From contig CALUWL010000002.1 in the NCBI GenBank assembly GCA_944324445.1, positions 7,868 through 71,867 of the forward strand: a stretch of DNA of 64,000 bases, read 5' to 3'. The position numbers and the translations under genes are program-made. Position 1 is the stretch's first letter, and every line of letters begins with the position of its first letter. This stretch comes from Candidatus Gastranaerophilales bacterium. Its GTDB lineage: Bacteria; Cyanobacteriota; Vampirovibrionia; Gastranaerophilales; Gastranaerophilaceae. Below the pieces are notes generated by a model that ran no database searches, was not told the DNA's origin, and saw nothing but the letters and a program-made list of their open reading frames with translations. Shown piece by piece: positions 28,076 through 34,329 of the stretch.

Positions 28076-29668
28076 ATGATTAATATGAATTCATATAGTT
28101 TCGATAATTTTAGATTAGCAACTAAGCCGATTAATCCTGCAAAGTTAAGTATTTACTACTATAACGATACCCACGGAAACTCTGATCAAATTGCAGGAGT
28201 AGTTCATGGTGCAAGAGAATTTAAAAAGCAAAGTCTTGAAAAAGATTCCGTAAATTTCGTACTTTCAGCAGGAGATAATTATTCAGGAGCAGATGTCAAC
28301 AAAAACAACTTCATTGTTAATTTAATGCAAAACATTATGGGAGTTGATTTATCTGCCGTTGGAAATCATGAGATTGACGCCGGAAGTAAGGGTTTATATG
28401 AAGTTGCAAAAAACAAAAAAGTTGGTTTCGTTGCAACAAATGCCATAATGACACCTGATAATCCAATGCAAAAAGTCATCAAAAAATCCGTTATAAAAGA
28501 ACAAAAAGGCGTTAAATATGGTTTTATAGGCACAATGCCGGTTGATTTTTCAACTTGTACCAAAAAAGATGTACAAAAAGATATATCTGTTATGGATTTT
28601 GACCAATCAGTACAAGCACTTCAAAAAGAAATCGACAACCTTAAAGCTCAAGGAATAAATAAAATCATAATGCTTTCACACAGCGGATATGAAACCGATA
28701 AAAAATATGCCGAAAACCTTGACGGAGTTGATATAATTGTTGGCGGACACACTCATAGCGTAGTTGAAGGCGCTAAGGAAGGTGAAAACATAGTTAAATC
28801 AAAATCAGGTGAACCTGTATTAATTGTTCAAGCCGGTGAAAACGGTAAATATTACGGCGTTATCGATGCAGAATTCAACGAAAAAGGCGTTTTAAAAACA
28901 GTTGCAAATGAGCTATCAGAAAGCACAAATAAAAACAAAAGCCCAATTATAGAACACATCAAAGAACAATATCTTGGAAAAAGTCCTAAAGTAGGCACAA
29001 TATCAAAAGCTGAACCTTTGCCAAAAAACAGAAGAATTGCTCCATGCGCTTGGACAAATGCTGTTGCTGATTCAATGAGAAGCGAACTTGGAGTTCAAAT
29101 AGCACTAATTAACGCTGCAAACATAAGAAAAGTTCCTCAAGCAGGTATTTTAACCGAAAGAGATATATCAGAATCTGCTCCGATGAAAAATAAACTTCTA
29201 AAAACAAAAATAACCCAAAAGCAACTAGTAGCAGCAATTAAATCCTCGCTTCAAAGAACATTCAATCACAAAGAAGGAGTTCCGGGACTGCTTATTGCAA
29301 GCGGAATAAGCTACAAGGCAGATGACAAAGGTAATCTTTTAGAAATGAATTTTATAAATCAAGACGGAACAAAAACCCCGATTGATATTAATAACCCATC
29401 AGAAAATACAGTGTATTCAATAGCATACGATAGTTTTGCCGCACAAAAAGAAGGAGAATACCCTGAACTTTATCCTCAATTTGAAACGGAAAACTTTGAA
29501 TTTGATAAAGACACAACAATGATAAATTATCTAAGAAAATTACCAAATAAAGACAAGTTAGAATTTATTGATGATAAAAGAATTGAAATACAAAAAACAT
29601 CACAACCGATATTCCAAGGCAATAATAGCCAAAGCTTCTTAAGCTTAACTTGCCCAAAAGTTTCATAA
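28076..29668 (+). CDS. Bifunctional metallophosphatase / 5'-nucleotidase (UshA family)
   Basis: Motifs NDTHGN, GDNYSG, GNHEID and GGHTHS, then a 5'-nucleotidase C-terminal domain. Confidence 0.8.
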   Translation: MINMNSYSFDNFRLATKPINPAKLSIYYYNDTHGNSDQIAGVVHGAREFKKQSLEKDSVNFVLSAGDNYSGADVNKNNFIVNLMQNIMGVDLSAVGNHEIDAGSKGLYEVAKNKKVGFVATNAIMTPDNPMQKVIKKSVIKEQKGVKYGFIGTMPVDFSTCTKKDVQKDISVMDFDQSVQALQKEIDNLKAQGINKIIMLSHSGYETDKKYAENLDGVDIIVGGHTHSVVEGAKEGENIVKSKSGEPVLIVQAGENGKYYGVIDAEFNEKGVLKTVANELSESTNKNKSPIIEHIKEQYLGKSPKVGTISKAEPLPKNRRIAPCAWTNAVADSMRSELGVQIALINAANIRKVPQAGILTERDISESAPMKNKLLKTKITQKQLVAAIKSSLQRTFNHKEGVPGLLIASGISYKADDKGNLLEMNFINQDGTKTPIDINNPSENTVYSIAYDSFAAQKEGEYPELYPQFETENFEFDKDTTMINYLRKLPNKDKLEFIDDKRIEIQKTSQPIFQGNNSQSFLSLTCPKVS

Positions 29669-30407
29669 AATATTTAATACATAAATAACCGACAATAAAA
29701 GCAGTAATTGAACCAAATAAAATAGCTTTAAGATTAAATGTCATTATTTGTTTAAAATCGAGCTCCATTAAAGGATATATAAGACTTGCAAGAAAAATAA
29801 CCGGAATGCTCATCAAAAACGAAAATCTTGCAGCATCAACTCTTTTCATACCGCACATAAGTGCCGTTGAAATAGTTAAACCGCTCCTTGAAAACCCCGG
29901 AAAAACTGCAAGTCCTTGAGCAATTGAAACCAATATCGCAGTTTTTAGCGATATATCTTTATTTCCTTTGTATAATTTTTCACTGAACAAAAGTATAAAA
30001 CCTGTTCCCATAAGAAGAAAGCAGACTATTTGAGGATTGGCAGTCAAAAATTCTACTCTTTCTTTTAACAAAAGCCCTATAACCCCTGTAATTATAACGG
30101 ATAGCGCTATATAGCCAACCAACTTAACATTTTCATTTTTATAATCTTTTTTCTTAATCGAAACAAAAAAATCAGAAAAAATATTTTTTAAATCTTTGAA
30201 AAAATATATCAAAACAGCAAACAAGGTGGCTAAATGAACCAAAATGTCAAAGAAAATTTCTTCTTGATTGACTTCGCTACTAATCGGCGCTCCTGATAAT
30301 AATCCGTATATTTCATGCGAAAAAACTATATGAGCAGAACTCGACACAGGTAAAAACTCGCTCAAACCTTGGATAGCACCGGTTATTACGGCTTGGATAG
30401 TTTGCAT
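29565..30407 (-). CDS. uppP: Undecaprenyl-diphosphate phosphatase
   Basis: LPVSSSAHI and PGFSRSG signature motifs, 280 aa, 8 TM-like segments. Confidence 0.9.
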   Translation of the reverse strand: MQTIQAVITGAIQGLSEFLPVSSSAHIVFSHEIYGLLSGAPISSEVNQEEIFFDILVHLATLFAVLIYFFKDLKNIFSDFFVSIKKKDYKNENVKLVGYIALSVIITGVIGLLLKERVEFLTANPQIVCFLLMGTGFILLFSEKLYKGNKDISLKTAILVSIAQGLAVFPGFSRSGLTISTALMCGMKRVDAARFSFLMSIPVIFLASLIYPLMELDFKQIMTFNLKAILFGSITAFIVGYLCIKYFMKLLGKLSLRSFGYYCLGISVVMFFVFQFFYHQ

Positions 30408-30420
30408 TTATAAACCCCTT

Positions 30421-30783
30421 TTAATTTTCCTCAAAATAACTTGCTCTCGATGTCGCTGTTTCCCAAACATCAACTCTACTTATCAAATTAAAGCGCTCTT
30501 TTGCTTTTTTATAGATTAATCTTGCAATAAACTCCGAACTAGGGCTTTGCCCTTTAAATTCAGGTAACTCATTTAAATCCTTATGGTCAAGATAATCTAT
30601 TATTTCATTTATTTCTTTTTTTAATACTTTAAAATCAATTAGAATATTTGATTTATCAAGATTTTCGCCTCTTGCATAAACCTCAACTTTCCAATTGTGT
30701 CCATGCGGATTTTCACATTTACCTTTATAATTCAGCAAATGATGAGCGGATGAAAAACTTGTTTCAATTTTAACTTCAAACAT
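30421..30783 (-). CDS. queD: 6-carboxy-5,6,7,8-tetrahydropterin synthase
   Basis: FSSAHHL...CENPHGHNW zinc/catalytic motifs, 120 aa. Confidence 0.85.
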   Translation of the reverse strand: MFEVKIETSFSSAHHLLNYKGKCENPHGHNWKVEVYARGENLDKSNILIDFKVLKKEINEIIDYLDHKDLNELPEFKGQSPSSEFIARLIYKKAKERFNLISRVDVWETATSRASYFEEN

Positions 30784-30845
30784 ATATTAATGATAACAAA
30801 AAAAGAAAACAAGCGCAAAAACTTTATTTATGATAAAATGGCTCT

Positions 30846-31253
30846 ATGAGTCATGCTTTTAAACAAAAAGTATTTTACGCAGACACAGATGCCTATGGTG
30901 TTGTATGGCACGGAAGTTATTTAAGATGGCTTGAAATGGGACGCATCTATTTATGCGAAAAAGCCGGTTTTAAACTATCAGAACTTGTTAAACAAGATAT
31001 AACGCTTCCTGTTGTCGATTTAAACATGAAATACAAATGCAGCGCAAAGCTTGACGATGAAATAGTGATACACACTGAAATATCAGATTATGGTAAATTT
31101 TATTTAACTTTTCAACAGAAAATAACTGACGAAAAGGAAGAAAAGACGTATATCAATGCAACCGTTAAAGTTGTTGCGATACACAACGATGGAAAACTAT
31201 ATAGGAGTTTACCCGAGCCTGTTTTAAAAATATTACAAACAAATGCTCGGTAA
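30846..31253 (+). CDS. YbgC/4HBT-family acyl-CoA thioesterase
   Basis: The hot-dog fold N-terminus VFYADTDAYGVVWHGSYLRWLEMGR. Confidence 0.8.
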   Translation: MSHAFKQKVFYADTDAYGVVWHGSYLRWLEMGRIYLCEKAGFKLSELVKQDITLPVVDLNMKYKCSAKLDDEIVIHTEISDYGKFYLTFQQKITDEKEEKTYINATVKVVAIHNDGKLYRSLPEPVLKILQTNAR

Positions 31254-31298
31254 AATTACGAGCTTACCTGCAAAATTAAAAGGCAAGCTCGTAATTTT
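31252..31298. terminator. Long hairpin between convergent thioesterase and umuC-like genes
   Basis: AAAATTACGAGCTTACC (31252-31268) pairs with GGCAAGCTCGTAATTTT (31282-31298), with one mismatch and a 13-nt loop. A and T runs lie on both sides. Confidence 0.65.
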
Positions 31299-31301
31299 AA
31301 A

Positions 31302-32489
31302 CTATTTAATCCCCATTTTTATGATGCCTTTACCGAATTTTTCTTCAAGCTTATCCCAAGATTTTGATAAGTTCTCTTTTTTAACCGATTCCTCACCATC
31401 AAAAATGGAAACCTGTCTTGCGCTTGCAGGGGTTAATTTCATAGCGCAAAACCCTACAGAACGATAAACAATTCCTTTTGAAAACATTTTATCCAAAATT
31501 TGCCTTGAATGCTCGACAAGCTCAAATTCAATATTTGTAGGATTAATAAGATTTATTTTGATATCCGAAACTTGAAAATCTTTTGTTCTTAACATAACTG
31601 AAATGCAGCCTGTTAAAAGGTTTTGACTTCTTAATTTTTTGCAAACCTTATGAATGTGAGAATTCAATTCTTTTTGGATATAGTTTTTATCGGTTTGAAA
31701 TTCCTTAAAGCTTTCACTTCTTGAAACCGACTTAGGGGCTTCTTGGACTGATTTAACAGGATTAATTGAATTTCCCAAAAGCTCTTGTTTTAAATCCAAT
31801 CCGACTTTTCCTAAGTTTTTCTTTATCCAAATATCCTCTTGAGAAGTAAAATCCCAAGCAGTTTGAATTAAATATTTTTTCAATAAAGCGGTTGTATTTT
31901 TGCCAACCCCCCAAATCTCACTTATTAAAGTTGATTTAAGCTCTTTTTCAATTTCCCTGTAGCCTATTTTATAGGTTTTTATATCTATCAATTCATCTTT
32001 CAGAGTTTTTTGAAGATTTTTTGTTTTCTCGCAAGCAAGTTTTGCTAAAACCTTAGAATAAGAAAGCCCGACCGAAACATCGATTCCTACTTCATCTTTA
32101 ATATCTTTTACGATTTTTTTAATTATATCTTCATAAGAACATTTAAAAGTCTTTCTTAAGCCCGTCAAATCCAAAAAAGCTTCATCAATTGAATATATTT
32201 CAACATCAGGAGTAAAATCATAGAGTTTATCCATAACTCTTTTTGAAATTTCACAGTAAAAAGGTAAGTTGCCTGATAAAAACACAACTTTTTTAAATTG
32301 ATTTTTAATCATAAAATAAGGCGCGCCCATATTAACACCCATTTTTTTAGCTTCATTAGAACGGGACACAACGCAGCCGTCATTATTAGATAATACACAA
32401 ACAGGTTTTCCGATAAGTTCAGGCTTTAAAAGCCTCTCACAGGATACAAAAAAATTATTACAGTCAACAAGCGCTATAACTCTTTTCAT
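31302..32489 (-). CDS. umuC: Y-family translesion DNA polymerase, UmuC-like
   Basis: IALVDCNNFFVSCERLLKPELIGKPVCVLSNNDGCVVSRSNEAKKMGV closely follows the UmuC N-terminus. The start overlaps the lexA stop (TAATG). Confidence 0.8.
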   Translation of the reverse strand: MKRVIALVDCNNFFVSCERLLKPELIGKPVCVLSNNDGCVVSRSNEAKKMGVNMGAPYFMIKNQFKKVVFLSGNLPFYCEISKRVMDKLYDFTPDVEIYSIDEAFLDLTGLRKTFKCSYEDIIKKIVKDIKDEVGIDVSVGLSYSKVLAKLACEKTKNLQKTLKDELIDIKTYKIGYREIEKELKSTLISEIWGVGKNTTALLKKYLIQTAWDFTSQEDIWIKKNLGKVGLDLKQELLGNSINPVKSVQEAPKSVSRSESFKEFQTDKNYIQKELNSHIHKVCKKLRSQNLLTGCISVMLRTKDFQVSDIKINLINPTNIEFELVEHSRQILDKMFSKGIVYRSVGFCAMKLTPASARQVSIFDGEESVKKENLSKSWDKLEEKFGKGIIKMGIK

Positions 32490-33076
32490 TAGCCGATTTT
32501 CCTTGTTATACCAATTGCAACACCAAAAATTGATAAAGAATTTTTAGGACGAATAATAGGATAATTACTATTTTCAGGTTTTAAATACGGACCTTTTTCA
32601 TCTTCTTTATAAGTTTTTAAAGTAAATTCTCTATCTACAATTGCAAGTACAATATCGCCGATACTAGCATTTGGTGTCTTTTTTATTATGACATAATCAC
32701 CGTCAAATATTCCGACATCAAGCATTGAATCCCCTGAAACCTTAAAAACATAAGTTGAAGGACTATTGATATTTAAAAGCGAATCAAAAGAAATTCTTTT
32801 TTCGATTTTATCATCCATAATCGAAGCAAAACCTGCTTTAACATAACTTGAAACAAGCTTCGCACCAAGATATTCAGGGTTTATATATAAATTTTCATCC
32901 TTAAATAGTAAAAAGCCCTTATTTTTCAAAACTTCTATATATTGTTTAATAGAATTTTTTGATTTATAGCCAAAAATATTTTTAATTGTTTCATAACTGG
33001 GCAGGGCTCTTTGATTAAATACCCCGCTTAATTTTTCAAAAAAAGTTTTTTGTCTTTCGGTTAATTCATTTTTCAT
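32489..33076 (-). CDS. lexA: LexA-family repressor / S24 self-cleaving peptidase
   Basis: An N-terminal winged HTH (LTERQKTFFEKL...IEVLKNKGFL). An Ala-Gly cleavage context VKAGFAS. The catalytic Ser in VSGDSM and Lys in FTLKTY. Confidence 0.8.
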   Translation of the reverse strand: MKNELTERQKTFFEKLSGVFNQRALPSYETIKNIFGYKSKNSIKQYIEVLKNKGFLLFKDENLYINPEYLGAKLVSSYVKAGFASIMDDKIEKRISFDSLLNINSPSTYVFKVSGDSMLDVGIFDGDYVIIKKTPNASIGDIVLAIVDREFTLKTYKEDEKGPYLKPENSNYPIIRPKNSLSIFGVAIGITRKIG

Positions 33077-33081
33077 AATAA

Positions 33082-33105
33082 TATTATGTACACATGTACA
33101 TAATA
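33082..33105. promoter_or_regulatory. Candidate LexA operator: TATTATGTAC-ACAT-GTACATAATA
   Basis: Perfect 10-bp inverted arms (33082-33091 and 33096-33105) around a 4-nt spacer, with a GTAC-N4-GTAC core. It occupies the -35/-10 spacer of the lexA promoter. Confidence 0.6.
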
Positions 33106-33111
33106 AGTCAA
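33083..33111 (-). promoter_or_regulatory. lexA promoter TTGACT-17 nt-CATAAT, start codon 7 nt after the -10
   Basis: The minus strand reads TTGACT TATTATGTACATGTGTA CATAAT ATTATT ATG. There is no SD between the -10 and the ATG. Confidence 0.55.
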
Positions 33112-33273
33112 ATAGTTCGTAAAATGTAATTATATCAAGATAAATTTGAATTAATATTAACTTTTGTAAATTTATTTGACATGAAACTAAAAAAATAGCA
33201 AACAGAAAAATTCACAGACTTTAAATAGCATGTAAACTCCTCTATAAACTCCGTAATACTAATTCTATCCATC

Positions 33274-33309
33274 ACGGCTTAATTTGTTCACAAATTAGCC
33301 GTTTTTTTT
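33274..33309 (+). terminator. Strong intrinsic terminator oriented on the plus strand, with no upstream plus-strand CDS
   Basis: A 12-bp stem (33274-33286 with 33291-33302, one bulged T), a TTCA loop, then T8 (33302-33309). On the minus strand no U-run follows the hairpin. Confidence 0.6.
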
Positions 33310-33318
33310 ATGAATTTA

Positions 33319-34134
33319 CTATAGATCATCAACAAGTTTAGAATCAGATTCCATATTGGATTTCAGAGTTTGTCTTACGATATCTGCTTGAGTATCCAGC
33401 ATTTTACAGACTGTTTCAATATTTCTTACTTTATCCTCTAAAATAACATCAGCGTTATTTGTAATATTGCCTGTTATATTTTGATAAGCGGATAAAGCAG
33501 CAGAACCCGTACCTTGCATTAAATTACCCGCAAGAATAGCACCGAGTCCAAATTCACCTGCATAAGGCGCCAACGCTTGCAAAATGCCGCCCCATCCTGA
33601 AATTAAACCTGCAATCGGAAGCACAAAATTTTGTCCAAAGCCAAATCCGCTTGTAGCTCCGGCCGCATAAGATGCTGTGTTCATAGCTGCCAAACCTGCA
33701 GCAGAAACAGCATATCCTGTTGCCATACCCGCAGCACCGCCTGTCGGAACTCCATCTGTTCCAAAGCCAAGAGTTATACCTGCAGCTCCTGAAGGAAAAC
33801 CCGAATAACTTGATAAACCCGAAACACCAAAAGAATTAGTGCCGGAATCAAGATAAGAGTTTGTAGAATAATTAGGCGACCAATAAGATGTACCGGGGAT
33901 ATTCATCATCTGCGCACCGCCCAATGTCGGCATAAAGCTTGAAGGCGAAAATAAATTAGCTAATTGCCACAAAAATCCGCCTGCAGAACCAAACCCGGAA
34001 CCTGTAGCAGTTGAACCTGAAACAGTTAAATCTCTTAACCTATCATAAGTTTCATATAATTCTGCCTTAGCTGCGGAGCTTGCCGCTCCATATCTATTCG
34101 CAATAGTTAACTCATGGTCATTTTTATAGGACAT
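33319..34134 (-). CDS. Hypothetical glycine/alanine/serine-rich protein with glycine-zipper-like hydrophobic core and helical termini
   Basis: 271 aa. GAGG RBS. No signal peptide. The central region reads GSGFGSAGGF...AGLISGWGGILQALAPYAGEFGLGAILAGNLMQGTG. The C-terminus is a charged helix. I recognise no family. Confidence 0.6.
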   Translation of the reverse strand: MSYKNDHELTIANRYGAASSAAKAELYETYDRLRDLTVSGSTATGSGFGSAGGFLWQLANLFSPSSFMPTLGGAQMMNIPGTSYWSPNYSTNSYLDSGTNSFGVSGLSSYSGFPSGAAGITLGFGTDGVPTGGAAGMATGYAVSAAGLAAMNTASYAAGATSGFGFGQNFVLPIAGLISGWGGILQALAPYAGEFGLGAILAGNLMQGTGSAALSAYQNITGNITNNADVILEDKVRNIETVCKMLDTQADIVRQTLKSNMESDSKLVDDL

Positions 34135-34196
34135 AATATACCTCGATATACAGTTTACAAGACAAAAAAGATATTGCCATCATTTATCCTTTTTAT

Positions 34197-34223
34197 TTTT
34201 CGACATAAGTTTCTAAAACTTTA
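34197..34223 (-). promoter_or_regulatory. Sigma-28 (FliA)-type promoter TAAAGTTT-N11-GTCGAAAA
   Basis: The minus strand has an 8/8 match to the -35 TAAAGTTT, an exact 11-nt spacer and a 6/8 match to GCCGATAA. It is 63 nt upstream of ATG 34134 and downstream of the preceding terminator. Confidence 0.55.
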
Positions 34224-34270
34224 ATGTTTTTTTAAAAAAAGTCAAAATTTTCTTTAAAAAACTTAAAATT

Positions 34271-34298
34271 TAAAAAAAAGCCCTTAATTTTAAGGGCT
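34271..34298 (-). terminator. Rho-independent terminator of the Cys-rich pilin-like gene
   Basis: The minus strand reads AGCCCTTAA..TTAAGGGCT followed by T8. It lies 32 nt after the stop at 34330. Confidence 0.65.
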
Positions 34299-34329
34299 AA
34301 CCAAAACACAAAAAAATAATATGAAATTT

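Noticed and set aside
30784-30845. preQ1 riboswitch upstream of queD (also looked upstream of the dnaJ-like/queE unit at 39433-39524)
   Set aside because: I could find no preQ1-type hairpin with an A-rich tail and a conserved CCC/ACTA-like element. The spacers are short and unstructured.
31243-31467. 74-aa plus-strand ORF after the thioesterase gene
   Set aside because: It overlaps the terminator hairpin and the 3' end of umuC in antisense. It has no RBS, and its start is inside the thioesterase stop region.
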